Of a stretch of DNA of 64,000 nucleotides, positions 1 to 9,703 are shown one piece after another. A model generated the notes under the pieces. That model saw nothing but the letters and a program-made list of their open reading frames with translations. It ran no database searches and was not told the origin of the DNA. How positions within the stretch are numbered: position 1 is the first letter of the stretch; the number at the start of each line of letters is the position of its first letter. The stretch is from an uncultured delta proteobacterium. Lineage in GTDB: Bacteria > Desulfobacterota > RBG-13-43-22. Made by a program: the position numbers and the translations under genes. The stretch lies in the NCBI GenBank assembly GCA_963711835.1, contig CAVQFQ010000017.1:544001-608000 (forward strand), read 5' to 3'.

Positions 1-580
1 CACCTTCGCCGGTAGTCAGGGTTTTCACCGAATCAAAGGAAAAGGTGCCGATGGCCCCGTAACTCCCCAGATATCTGCCGCGGATGTGGCCGCCGCAGGC
101 CTGGGCCGTGTCCTCGATAACCGGCAGGTTGTGCCGATCGGCCACGGACATGATCTCCTCGATCCGGGCCTGGGCCCCGAGCATATGGACCGGGATGACG
201 GCCCTTGTTTTGGGAGTAATTTTTTTCTCCAGATCCGCCGGATCCATATTCAGCGAGTCATCAATTTCGGTGAAAACCGGTATGGCCCCCACTTCAAGGA
301 TGGCTTCCCAGGTGGCCACAAAGGTAAAGCAGGTTGTGATGACTTCATCACCGAAGCCGACCCCCAAGGCCCCCAGGGCCACCTTCAAGGCCGTGCTGCC
401 GGAGGAAACAGCCAGGGCATGCTTCCGTCCGGTAAAGGCGGCAAACCGCTTCTCAAATTCTTCAACTTTGAAAATCCCCTTGCGCTGGGCTGGAAAACCG
501 TAGCGGAAAAGTACCCCTGTTTCCAGGACCTCAAGGATTTCTTTCTTTTCTTCTTCACCAAGAACTTCATAGCCGGGCAT
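1..580 (-). CDS. DegT/DnrJ/EryC1/StrS PLP-dependent aminotransferase, KdnA-like (runs off the window's left edge)
   Basis: Not in the ORF track. Manual translation from ATG at 580: MPGYEVLGEEEKKEILEVLETGVLFRY...SSGSTAL...IEDTAQACGG...FSFDSVKTLTTGEG (PLP lysine motif). The MPG(F/Y)E start and FDSVKT resemble KdnA. Confidence 0.85.
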   Translation of the reverse strand, partial: MPGYEVLGEEEKKEILEVLETGVLFRYGFPAQRKGIFKVEEFEKRFAAFTGRKHALAVSSGSTALKVALGALGVGFGDEVITTCFTFVATWEAILEVGAIPVFTEIDDSLNMDPADLEKKITPKTRAVIPVHMLGAQARIEEIMSVADRHNLPVIEDTAQACGGHIRGRYLGSYGAIGTFSFDSVKTLTTGEG

Positions 581-688
581 AATCGCGCTCTCCTTCTCCC
601 TCCCACACACCTTTAATTTAGAGGAGGTTGGAGGATCATTTCCATTTAGGTTCCATTCGGAAATCGGAGATTTCCGGATCAATATAAT

Positions 689-1846
689 TTAAAACATTTT
701 TTGATAGAGAGATACAATATCCTTTTCCGTGACGGGTCTGGGATTATTCTCAATAGGCCGGGTGACCTTCATGGCCGCCTGGGCCATAGGCCGGATGGCC
801 TTCTGGGGAATACCCAGCTCCTTCAGATTGGTCGGGATGCCGATGGTGCGGGAAAGCCCGACGATGGTCTTAACGCAGTTCCTGGCACCCTGAGCAGCCG
901 AGACCCGGGCGGTTGAACCGGTCAACAAGGCCCCCATACGGGCAAAGCGCTCTGGTGCCCAAACCCGATTGTAGTCCAGAACATAAGGCAGCAGCACGGC
1001 ATTGGCCAACCCGTGGGGAACGTTAAAAAAAGCCCCCAGAGGGTAGGCCATGGCATGGACTGCTCCAACACCGGCGTTGGCCAGAGCCATTCCTCCCAGG
1101 AGGCTTCCCAAGAGCATGTCCTGGCGAGCCTCCAGATCCTGCCCTTTTTTTACCGCCTTTTTCAGGGTTCGGCCTATTAAGGCAATAGCCTTCTCCGCCA
1201 CCAGATCGCTCAGGGGATTAGCCTTATTCGAGGTATAGGCCTCCATGGCATGGGTCAGGGCATCCATTCCGGTGGTGGCAGTCACCTCCGGCGGGAGACT
1301 TAAGGTCAGTTCAGGGTCCAGCAGGGCCACCGAGGGATAAAGAAATCGGCTGTTAATCCCGCCTTTGGTTTTAGTCGCCCGGTCGGTAAAAACCGCGGTA
1401 AAGGTCACTTCGCTCCCTGTCCCGGCGGTAGTCGGTATCATGATGGTCGGCAGACCAGGTCCGGGGACCCGGTCCAACCCGACATAATCTTTTACTTTCC
1501 CTCCGTTCAGGGCCAGCATGGCCACCGCTTTGGCCGTATCCAGGGTGCTTCCCCCTCCCAGACCGATCACCAGGGAACATTTTTTCCTCCGGGCCAGCCG
1601 GGCACCGGCTTCAGCCGAAGCCGGTGAGGGCTCGGGTTCAATCTGATCAAAGAAAATGGGTTTCAGACCGTTGGAATGGAGGTCCGCTAAAAGACGGGTC
1701 TTAAGAGAGGTTTTCGAAAAACAGGGATCGATCACTACCAGGGCCGGCCCCGGACCGTAGCGCAGGGCAATACCAGCCAACTGATTGAGGGTTCCGGAAC
1801 CGAAGACGACCTCCCCGGCACCTTGAAATGAAAAAATTGAATTCAT
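689..1846 (-). CDS. Iron-containing (group III) alcohol dehydrogenase
   Basis: GLGGGSTLDTAK, PTTAGTGSEVT, GMDALTHAMEAY, HAMAYPLG and PHGLANA motifs. Confidence 0.93.
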   Translation of the reverse strand: MNSIFSFQGAGEVVFGSGTLNQLAGIALRYGPGPALVVIDPCFSKTSLKTRLLADLHSNGLKPIFFDQIEPEPSPASAEAGARLARRKKCSLVIGLGGGSTLDTAKAVAMLALNGGKVKDYVGLDRVPGPGLPTIMIPTTAGTGSEVTFTAVFTDRATKTKGGINSRFLYPSVALLDPELTLSLPPEVTATTGMDALTHAMEAYTSNKANPLSDLVAEKAIALIGRTLKKAVKKGQDLEARQDMLLGSLLGGMALANAGVGAVHAMAYPLGAFFNVPHGLANAVLLPYVLDYNRVWAPERFARMGALLTGSTARVSAAQGARNCVKTIVGLSRTIGIPTNLKELGIPQKAIRPMAQAAMKVTRPIENNPRPVTEKDIVSLYQKMF

Positions 1847-1898
1847 GTTATCTGTCCCTTTCTTTTAAGGCGCTAAACAATTCCCGCCAGGGTGATCA

Positions 1899-3467
1899 TC
1901 ACAACACTTTGAATCGCCGGGGTTCGATAGCGTACTTCTCAATTTTATAGTTGATGATGCGGGGGGTGATTTCCAGCTCTTGGGCCGCCCGGCTGCGGTT
2001 GCCGTTAACCTTTTTAAGGGCCTCGATGATCATTTCCTTTTCCACGGCTTCCACGGCCTGAATAAAAGAGAGCTTGGTCAGAGTGTCGGAGCTTTCCGCA
2101 GTCTGAAGCGTTGGTGGAAGATGGTGGGCCTTAATGGCTTCTCCTTCACAGATCAGGACGGCCCGTTCGAGGCAGTTTTGAAGTTCTCGAACATTTCCAG
2201 GCCAGTGGTATTGCATCAGCAGGTCAATGGCCGGGGTGGAGATGCGGCGGATGTTTTTACGGTTTTCTTTGTTGAACCGTTCCAAAAAAAACTCGGCCAG
2301 CAGCAGGATATCGGTCCGCCGTTCCCTGAGCGGAGGGAGGTAGATAGGGAAGACATTCAAACGGTAGTAAAGGTCTTCGCGAAACCTCTTTTCCTCGACG
2401 GCTTTCTCCAACTCCTGATGGGTGGCGGCGATAATCCGGACATCGGCCTGAAGGGATTGCCGGCCGCCCAGCCGTTCAAATTCTTTTTCCTGAATGACCC
2501 GCAACAACTTGGTCTGGATATTCGGGTTTAAATCCCCTATTTCGTCCAGAAACAGGGTACCGCCCTGGGCCCGTTCAAAGCGGCCCAATTTCAAGGAAGT
2601 GGCCCCGGTAAAGGCCCCTTTTTCGTAGCCGAACAATTCACTTTCCAACAAGGTTTCAGGCAGGGCGGCGCAGTTGATTTTAATATAGGGTTTGTGGGCC
2701 CGAAAACTCTGATAATGGATGGCGTTGGCCACCAGTTCTTTACCCGTTCCGCTTTCTCCCCGGAGCAGGACCGTGGCATTGCTTTTGGCCACCTTGTAAA
2801 TCATTTCAAAGACTTCCCGCATGGGGCGGCTGTTCCCGATGATGTTTTCGACCTGGTATTTTTCGGTCAATTCCTTTTTGAGACGGATATTCTCGTTTAA
2901 GAGTTCCTCCTTTTCCCGGGTCAGGTGCTGAACCTTCTTAACCGTTTCAGCAATCAGGGCGGTGATGATGGTCAAGAAACGCAGGTCCTCTTGTAAAGAA
3001 ACTTCATCCGAGAATAATCGATCTACACTCAGGGCCCCGATGGTGTTCCGGCCGATCTTGATGGGAACACAAATAAAGGAGATGTCCTGCTTATCCAGGT
3101 CCTTCCGGGATCGGGTACGGTTCAGGAAAAGAGGTTCTTCGCTTATCTTGGGAATAAGCGCCGGCTCCCCGGTCTGGACCACCCGGCCGGTTATGCCTTC
3201 TCCCAGAAGGTACTTCCCCCGTTTTTTGGCTTCCGGGGAGAGGTCATGGGCCACTTCAATATAAATTTCCGAGGTCGCCGGATTGAGGATGGTTAGAGTG
3301 GCCCGCCGCATGCCCATATGTTTTGAGAGGATCCGTAGGATCTCCTGCAGGGACTTGGTCAAGTCCAGGGAGGCGTTCAGGGTTTTGGCAATCTCATACA
3401 GGCAATAGACCTCCTGAACATATTGAGATTGGTTCATGGTTTTCAGTTTGGGGAATCGATCTTTCAA
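1899..3467 (-). CDS. NifA-like sigma54 enhancer-binding protein (GAF-AAA+-Fis HTH)
   Basis: N-terminal GAF (GEGITGRV...SFICVPI), [22 protein letters not shown] and a C-terminal HTH. AGGAGG lies upstream of the TTG start. Confidence 0.9.
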   Translation of the reverse strand: MKDRFPKLKTMNQSQYVQEVYCLYEIAKTLNASLDLTKSLQEILRILSKHMGMRRATLTILNPATSEIYIEVAHDLSPEAKKRGKYLLGEGITGRVVQTGEPALIPKISEEPLFLNRTRSRKDLDKQDISFICVPIKIGRNTIGALSVDRLFSDEVSLQEDLRFLTIITALIAETVKKVQHLTREKEELLNENIRLKKELTEKYQVENIIGNSRPMREVFEMIYKVAKSNATVLLRGESGTGKELVANAIHYQSFRAHKPYIKINCAALPETLLESELFGYEKGAFTGATSLKLGRFERAQGGTLFLDEIGDLNPNIQTKLLRVIQEKEFERLGGRQSLQADVRIIAATHQELEKAVEEKRFREDLYYRLNVFPIYLPPLRERRTDILLLAEFFLERFNKENRKNIRRISTPAIDLLMQYHWPGNVRELQNCLERAVLICEGEAIKAHHLPPTLQTAESSDTLTKLSFIQAVEAVEKEMIIEALKKVNGNRSRAAQELEITPRIINYKIEKYAIEPRRFKVL

Positions 3468-3580
3468 ACCTTCCTCCTGAATTAATCAGGTTATTGTAAC
3501 ACAGGGCCGGCTAATAAACAACATTTTTGTAATAACCACCCGGCCCCTGGCCATATTCTATTAGACCCGGAGATAAAATT

Positions 3581-4273
3581 TTGTTATTAAATAGAAAAAG
3601 CCGAAATTCGGAAGGGGGATTTTGTTTGCCGGGAAAAGATAGCCCTCTTTATGAAAAGACCTCGAGGATTCCGGGGATTATGCTAATGGCCGGTCGGTCG
3701 AGTCGGATGGGTTTTCCCAAGGCCTTGTTGCCCTTTGGGGATCAGCCCTTGTTGGCCGTTCTATTAGAAAGAATTTTGGAATCGGACTTGGAGCCGGTGA
3801 TTCTGGTCCTTGGACCCCATCCCCGAAAAATGCGTAAAGCTCTGGGACGGTTGCTGGGCCAGGCCAAGCTGAAGATCATCCGGAATCCGGACTACCACCA
3901 AGGCCTAAGCACTTCGATCCGGAAAGGGCTGACCCAGGTACCCCCTTGGGCCCGGGGAGTCATGTTCCTCATGGGAGACCAACCTCTGTTGACGGCTCCG
4001 GTGATCAACCGCTTAATTCGATCTTTTTTAAAGACGGCCGATGCGATTCTCGTACCTCATTACGGCCGGCGGCCCGGCAACCCGGTCCTCTTCCCCAAGG
4101 CCCTGATTCCTGAATTGAGGAAATTAAGCGGCGATACCGGGGGCCGGGAGGTGATCAAAAAATACCCGGACCGGATTCGAGCAGTGCCGATTCGACCCCA
4201 GCGCATCGGCTGGGATATGGATACCTGGGAAGACTACCAGCGGGCAAAGGGGTTTTTTTATGAAAAAAATTAA
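3581..4273 (+). CDS. mocA: Molybdenum cofactor cytidylyltransferase (MocA/YgfJ family); true start probably downstream of 3581
   Basis: MAGRSSRMGFPKALL, NPDYHQGLSTSI, GDQP, GNPVLF, GDTGGR and DMDTWEDY motifs. Confidence 0.85.
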   Translation: MLLNRKSRNSEGGFCLPGKDSPLYEKTSRIPGIMLMAGRSSRMGFPKALLPFGDQPLLAVLLERILESDLEPVILVLGPHPRKMRKALGRLLGQAKLKIIRNPDYHQGLSTSIRKGLTQVPPWARGVMFLMGDQPLLTAPVINRLIRSFLKTADAILVPHYGRRPGNPVLFPKALIPELRKLSGDTGGREVIKKYPDRIRAVPIRPQRIGWDMDTWEDYQRAKGFFYEKN

Positions 4274-5282
4274 GGTTCAAAAAGCGGTCGGTATGGTCCT
4301 GGGTCATGATCTGACCCGGATTATCCCAGGCCGCTTTAAAGGGGTGGCCTTTAAAAAGGGTCATATCATCCAGCCGGATGATATTCCGGCCTTGTTGGAT
4401 TTAGGGAAGGAGTTCATCTTTGTTCTGGAAATGCCTCCGGGGCAGGTCCACGAAAATGAAGCGGCCGAGCGCCTGGCCCAGGGTCTGAAAGGGGATCATA
4501 TTTCCCTGCAAGGGCCCGCGGAAGGAAAGATCAGCTTAATAGCCGAAATTTCAGGACTCTTAAAAATTCAAGAAATCCCTTTGACTCAAATTAATTTAAT
4601 CCCTGAGATTATTGTTTCCAGCCTGCATACCAATACCGTTATTGAAGGCGGCGACGTGGTGGCCGCCACCCGGATTATCCCTTTGACGATCGCTGAAAAG
4701 AGGGTCATCCGAGCGGAAAAAATCAGCGCCCGGTCAGGCCCGGTGGTCTCGATAAAACCATTTCAAAAGAAAAAAGTCGGCGTCGTCGTTACCGGTTCGG
4801 AGGTTTTTCAGGGCCGGGTTCGAAACGGGTTCGATGAGTGGGTGGGGAAAAAGCTGACGGCCTACGGCTGTGAAATCAACCGCCAGACTACGGTTCCGGA
4901 CCGGGTCAACCGTATCGCAGGCGCTATCCGGGAAGACCTGGCCTCCGGCTGCGATCTGATCGTTACCACGGGCGGGATGTCCATAGACCCCGATGATGTG
5001 ACCCGAAAAGGGATCCGCCGGGCCGGGGCCAAAACCATATTCTACGGGACACCGGTCCTGCCGGGGGCCATGTTTCTCTATGCCCGGATCGGACCTATTC
5101 CGGTCCTGGGCCTGCCGGCCTGTGTTTTTTATCATAAAGTGACCATGTTTGATCTGATCCTGCCCTTGATCCTGGCCGGCGAGGAACCGAGCCGGAAAGA
5201 GATCGCTGCCATGGGGTATGGCGGCCTCTGTCGCAATTGCCGGGAGTGCCGTTATCCGATTTGTCCCTTCGGCAAAGGGTAA
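4260..5282 (+). CDS. MoeA-like molybdopterin-binding protein with a C-terminal Cys cluster
   Basis: AVGMVLGHDLTRIIPG, TGGMSIDPDDVT, GTPVLPGAMF; C-terminal GGLCRNCRECRYPICPFGKG. Confidence 0.85.
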   Translation: MKKIKVQKAVGMVLGHDLTRIIPGRFKGVAFKKGHIIQPDDIPALLDLGKEFIFVLEMPPGQVHENEAAERLAQGLKGDHISLQGPAEGKISLIAEISGLLKIQEIPLTQINLIPEIIVSSLHTNTVIEGGDVVAATRIIPLTIAEKRVIRAEKISARSGPVVSIKPFQKKKVGVVVTGSEVFQGRVRNGFDEWVGKKLTAYGCEINRQTTVPDRVNRIAGAIREDLASGCDLIVTTGGMSIDPDDVTRKGIRRAGAKTIFYGTPVLPGAMFLYARIGPIPVLGLPACVFYHKVTMFDLILPLILAGEEPSRKEIAAMGYGGLCRNCRECRYPICPFGKG

Positions 5283-5298
5283 GCAGTAGGACACGTTC

Positions 5299-6099
5299 AT
5301 GAAATTATCCAATCTGATCGTTCTGATCCGCGGAGCAGGGGAGATGGCCAGCGGCGTGGCCTGGCGGCTATACCAGAGCCGCTTCAAGGTCCTGCTGACC
5401 GAGGTTCCCCATCCCCTGGCTGTCCGCCGCGAGGTTTCCTTTTGCGAAGCGGTCTATGAGGGAAGAAAAAAGGTGGAAGGGGTGGAGGCTGTTCTAATCC
5501 ATTCACCCGATGAAATCGCAGGCGCCTGGGGGTCCCTTCAAATTCCCCTCTTGATCGATCCTGACCTTTCCTTCTCTCTGGCCGTACAACCCGATGTCCT
5601 GGTGGATGCCATTCTGGCGAAGAGGAACATAGGGACCCTGATCAAACAAGCGCCGCTGGTAATTGCCTTGGGGCCGGGATTTAAAGCCGGCAGAGATGCC
5701 CATCTGGTCATTGAAACGAACCGGGGGCATAACCTGGGGAGAATTATTACCGATGGCGAGGCGGAGGCCGATACCGGCGTGCCGGGTATTATCGGAGGCT
5801 ATTCGAAAGAGCGGGTCCTGCGGGCGCCCAGGCAGGGGACCGTCGAGGGACTGAAAAGGATCGGAGATCCGGTGGCCCAGGGTGAGATCGTCGCCCAGGT
5901 TAACGGTGGGCCTGTCCAGGCCGAGATTAAAGGTATTCTTCGGGGTCTTATCCGTGATGGTACTCCCGTACCAGCAGGGCTCAAGATCGGTGATATCGAT
6001 CCCCGTGGGAATCGGGAGTTTTGTTTCACTATTTCGGAAAAGGCCCGGGCCATCGCCGGTGGTGTTTTAGAGGGGATTCTTCGGGTTTTTAATAGATGA
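5299..6099 (+). CDS. yqeB: Selenium-dependent molybdenum hydroxylase system protein YqeB
   Basis: IRGAGEMASG, AVRREVSF, VDAILAKRN, ALGPGF, IETNRGHNLG, KIGDIDPRG and ISEKARAIAGGVLE motifs. Confidence 0.9.
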   Translation: MKLSNLIVLIRGAGEMASGVAWRLYQSRFKVLLTEVPHPLAVRREVSFCEAVYEGRKKVEGVEAVLIHSPDEIAGAWGSLQIPLLIDPDLSFSLAVQPDVLVDAILAKRNIGTLIKQAPLVIALGPGFKAGRDAHLVIETNRGHNLGRIITDGEAEADTGVPGIIGGYSKERVLRAPRQGTVEGLKRIGDPVAQGEIVAQVNGGPVQAEIKGILRGLIRDGTPVPAGLKIGDIDPRGNREFCFTISEKARAIAGGVLEGILRVFNR

Positions 6100-6905
6100 A
6101 GCCCATTTCAAAGTTCAAAATTGGACAACCGGTCCATTCCCTAATCGAAGCCTTTGATCTGAAAGATAGGGAACTGGTCAGCCTGGTCGGGGCCGGAGGT
6201 AAAACCACCCTGATGTTCGCCCTGGCCAAAGAACTGCAAGACCGGGGATCCAGGGTGGTAACCACGACAACGACCAAGATTTTTTACCCGACAGCGGAAG
6301 AAAGCCCGTCGGTGCTGCTGGGTGATGCCGGCTTACTACCCGAGATCGAATCCCGTTTGGCTCGGAGAGGCCAGGTTACCTGGGCTGCCAAACACCTTCC
6401 TGAAAATAAACTGGCCGGGATCTCCCTTCAGGATATATCCGCCCTCTGGTCCTCCGGCCTAACGGATTACCTTATTGTGGAAGCTGATGGCTCGGCCCGC
6501 CGGCCCCTGAAGGCCCCGAATGAAAGGGAACCGGTAGTCCCTTCTGATACCACCCTGTTTATTACCGTTGCCGGCCTTTCGGCCCTTGGGAAGCCCTTAA
6601 ATGAAAAATGGGCCTTCAGGCCGGAGATAATCAGCCGGTTGACAGGAATGGCCCTTGATGACCCTATTAAACCCGAAGGCTTGGCTTCCCTGATTAGTCA
6701 TCCCCAGGGGGGGCTGAAAGGATGGCTTCCGGGGATGCGGATCCTGGCTTTTTTAAACCAGGCGGATGATGGCCCGGCCTGGGAAGGAGGCCGGGCTTTG
6801 GCAAAAGAAATATTAGGTAACAACAATAAAATAGAGGGGGTAATCGTCAGCCGGTTAAAATCACTTATGCAAAAAGAAGTTTTGATTCTCGAGGTTATTG
6901 ACTAA
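6096..6905 (+). CDS. yqeC: Selenium cofactor biosynthesis protein YqeC
   Basis: SLVGAGGKTTLM, TTTTKI and VEADGSARRPLKAP...EPV motifs; ATGA overlap with yqeB. Confidence 0.9.
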   Translation: MKPISKFKIGQPVHSLIEAFDLKDRELVSLVGAGGKTTLMFALAKELQDRGSRVVTTTTTKIFYPTAEESPSVLLGDAGLLPEIESRLARRGQVTWAAKHLPENKLAGISLQDISALWSSGLTDYLIVEADGSARRPLKAPNEREPVVPSDTTLFITVAGLSALGKPLNEKWAFRPEIISRLTGMALDDPIKPEGLASLISHPQGGLKGWLPGMRILAFLNQADDGPAWEGGRALAKEILGNNNKIEGVIVSRLKSLMQKEVLILEVID

Positions 6906-6908
6906 AAA

Positions 6909-6935
6909 GACACACCCCGGTCATCTTTCGGTAAC
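6909..6935 (+). promoter_or_regulatory. Putative Pho box upstream of phoB
   Basis: GACAC (6909), GTCAT (6920) and GTAAC (6931) at 11-bp period. Confidence 0.6.
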
Positions 6936-6993
6936 ATCAAGGGGGTACAGATTTGTAATAAATGCATAGACAACAGCAAAATCGGGCGATACA

Positions 6994-7686
6994 ATGACGG
7001 AACTTATGGCCAAAGCCAAGATTTTGACCGTAGAGGACGACCCGGATATCCGGGAGCTGCTCCGTTTTAATCTGGAAAAAGCCGGGTATCAGGCTATTCT
7101 GGCCGACCAGGGCGAAAAGGCCCTGGAATTAGCCAAACGGCAGCACCCTGACCTTATCCTGCTGGATCTCCTGCTTCCGGTAATGAACGGGCTGGAAGTT
7201 TGCCGTCAGGTCAAAATGGATCCTATGCTGCAGCACATTCCCATCATCATGGTTACGGCCAAGGGCGAAGAGGTGGATCGGGTCGTGGGGCTGGAACTCG
7301 GGGCCGACGACTACGTCGTCAAACCCTTCAGCGTGCGGGAGGTCATGCTGCGCGTTCAGAAACTGCTGGAAAGAAAAGATAAGGCTCCGGCCGGATCCTG
7401 CCTGAAGGCCGAGGGCCTCTTAATGGACCTGGCCGCCCATACGGTTGCTGTTGACGGGCGGCTGATGGAGCTGACGGCCACGGAATTCAAGCTGCTTTCC
7501 CACCTGATGCACAATCGCGGCCGGGTCCAGACCCGGGATGTCCTCTTAGACAGGGTTTGGGGTTATACCTTTGAAGGCTATTCCCGGACGATTGATACCC
7601 ATATACGCCGGATACGAAAAAAATTGGGAGACCGGCAAAATTTAATTGAAACGGTCCGCGGCGTCGGCTACCGCTTTCAGGCCTGA
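6994..7686 (+). CDS. phoB: Phosphate regulon response regulator PhoB/PhoP (OmpR family)
   Basis: Receiver plus winged helix (GLELGADDYVVKPF, IETVRGVGY); adjacent to phoR and the pst genes. Confidence 0.9.
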   Translation: MTELMAKAKILTVEDDPDIRELLRFNLEKAGYQAILADQGEKALELAKRQHPDLILLDLLLPVMNGLEVCRQVKMDPMLQHIPIIMVTAKGEEVDRVVGLELGADDYVVKPFSVREVMLRVQKLLERKDKAPAGSCLKAEGLLMDLAAHTVAVDGRLMELTATEFKLLSHLMHNRGRVQTRDVLLDRVWGYTFEGYSRTIDTHIRRIRKKLGDRQNLIETVRGVGYRFQA

Positions 7687-7692
7687 GTCCTT

Positions 7693-9531
7693 ATGCATCC
7701 CCGCTGGTATCTAAAAATTTTTAGCGCCTTTCTGCTGGTGATCGGGGTCGTGGTCATCCCCGGCACCCTATACCTGGGATCCAATCTGAAGTCTTTTTTG
7801 ATGAGCCAGCAGGAGCAATCCCTGCGCCGGGAGTTGAAACTGGCCGGTGTGATGGTAGCCGATTCGCTGGCCGCTGCCGGCCAGGAATCTTCCGGGATCA
7901 AGGCCTTGGCCAACAAAGTCAGCGTCCACATCGAACGCCGGGTTACGATCATCTCCAAAGACGGCCGGCTGCTTGGCGATTCGGGTTTGAGTCCCGAGGC
8001 GCTGGACCAGACCGATGACCACTCTCATCGGCCGGAAATTCTGGCTGCCAAGGCCAAGGGGTATGGCCAGAGCATCCGATTCAGCACTACCCTGCAGGCC
8101 AACACCCTCTATGGGGCCATTCCGATCTATAGCCAGGGGCGTCATCTCGGATACGTACGCCTGGCCTTACCGCTAAGCCGGGTGGAAGAAATCGTAGCCG
8201 GCCTCCGTGGGATCCTCTTCCTGGCCGGCGGATTGACCAGCCTTTTGGCGATTCTGCTCAGCCTCTTTTTGACCTGGACTATCAGCCGGCCTCTGCGCGA
8301 GATCACCGATATGGTTAAACGAATGGCTGACGGGGATCTTAAACAGCCTTTCCATCTTTTTCCCAAAAATGAATACAGCGAACTGGTGTCTTCCCTGGAA
8401 CGGATGGAGGACGATCTTCGGGAAAAGATGGAATTATTGGAAACCGAGACCGGGCAATTACGAACCCTGCTCTTCACCATGCGCGAAGGCGTGCTGGTGA
8501 CCGATGAGAAGGGCCGGATCGTTTTAGTCAATCCCTACTTAAATGAGGTCTTAGGCGGCCGCCTATCCTGGAAGCGGCGCACCATCCAGGAGGCCTTCAT
8601 GAGCGCCGATTTCCAGGATGCCCTGGAAGCGGTCTTGAAAGGCGAGGCGGTTAAAATTATTGAGATTTCCTGCTGCCGCGATCCCCAGAGACATTTTGTG
8701 GTTCAGGTGGTGGCCCTGACTTCAAGCCACCAACCGCGCCGGGCCGTGGCCTTACTGCATGATATTACCGATCTCAGGTACTTATTAAAAGTCCGGCAGG
8801 ACTTTGTAGCCAATGCTTCTCATGAGCTGCGGACCCCGCTCACCTCCATCAGCGGCTATGTGGAAACGCTCCAGTCTCTGGCCCCGGCCGATCCCCCGGA
8901 GATCCGGAAATTTTTAGCCGTCATTCAGAAAAACGTCAAGCAGATGAGCCGGCTGGTTTCGGAATTGCTGGTTTTGGCCAAACTGGATCAGCAGGAAATC
9001 TCCAAGATGCATACCGATAAGGTGCGGCTTAAAGAACTCCTCGAAACGGCCCTGGAAAGCATAGGCGAAGAGGCTCGTAAGAACGACATCGCCCTCAGCC
9101 TGAGCCGGGAGGACCTCCCGGACGATCAGGTCGTTTTCTGGGAAAAGGACCGCATCCTGCAGGCCTTGTTCAATATCCTGGATAATGCCGTAAAATATAC
9201 CTCCGCGGGCGGACGGGTCCAAGTCAGGGCCAGATCCGGCCAGGGCCTGGGCGACCAGGCCGGCCAAAAATTTATTGAAATTTCCGTTGAGGATAACGGC
9301 CTCGGCATTCCCAGGGAAGACCTTCCCCGGGTCTTTGAACGGTTCTACCGGGTCGATAAAGTCCGCTCGCGTGAACTTGGGGGGACCGGATTGGGCCTGT
9401 CCATCGTCAAACACATCGTCGAATCCCACGGCGGCACGGTCCATGTGCAAAGCGTTCCGGGTCAAGGGTCCACCTTTTCCCTGCGCCTGCCTGTCAGCCA
9501 ACCTATCCCAATCACCAAAGCCTCTGTTTAA
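7693..9531 (+). CDS. phoR: Phosphate regulon sensor kinase PhoR
   Basis: TM-Cache-TM-HAMP-PAS layout; DFVANASHELRTPLT; FERFYRVDKVRSRELGGTGLGL. Confidence 0.92.
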   Translation: MHPRWYLKIFSAFLLVIGVVVIPGTLYLGSNLKSFLMSQQEQSLRRELKLAGVMVADSLAAAGQESSGIKALANKVSVHIERRVTIISKDGRLLGDSGLSPEALDQTDDHSHRPEILAAKAKGYGQSIRFSTTLQANTLYGAIPIYSQGRHLGYVRLALPLSRVEEIVAGLRGILFLAGGLTSLLAILLSLFLTWTISRPLREITDMVKRMADGDLKQPFHLFPKNEYSELVSSLERMEDDLREKMELLETETGQLRTLLFTMREGVLVTDEKGRIVLVNPYLNEVLGGRLSWKRRTIQEAFMSADFQDALEAVLKGEAVKIIEISCCRDPQRHFVVQVVALTSSHQPRRAVALLHDITDLRYLLKVRQDFVANASHELRTPLTSISGYVETLQSLAPADPPEIRKFLAVIQKNVKQMSRLVSELLVLAKLDQQEISKMHTDKVRLKELLETALESIGEEARKNDIALSLSREDLPDDQVVFWEKDRILQALFNILDNAVKYTSAGGRVQVRARSGQGLGDQAGQKFIEISVEDNGLGIPREDLPRVFERFYRVDKVRSRELGGTGLGLSIVKHIVESHGGTVHVQSVPGQGSTFSLRLPVSQPIPITKASV

Positions 9532-9610
9532 AATGCCCCTACCCGCTGGTCGTTAAAGGCTCGTGCTTTTGACAACCGGCATCTAAATAACCCCTAAGTC
9601 TCCCCCTTTT

Positions 9611-9648
9611 TTAACCGCCATTTAACTGTAAGGTCTTCAAACGGTAAC
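9611..9648 (+). promoter_or_regulatory. Putative Pho box array upstream of the porin
   Basis: TTAAC (9611), TTAAC (9622), GTCTT (9633) and GTAAC (9644) at 11-bp period. Confidence 0.6.
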
Positions 9649-9703
9649 ATTCTTTCCTTAGTCTGCTTTTAAATTTTGTTGAAAGAAAGAAAGGAGAGAA
9701 AAA

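Noticed and set aside
84-616. Plus-strand ORFs of 139 and 176 aa
   Set aside because: They are antisense shadows of the minus-strand aminotransferase, which the track missed because it runs off the window edge.
3490-3540. Possible NifA UAS or sigma54 promoter between the NifA-like gene and mocA
   Set aside because: TGT/ACA spacing does not fit TGT-N10-ACA, and no good GG-N10-GC consensus was found.
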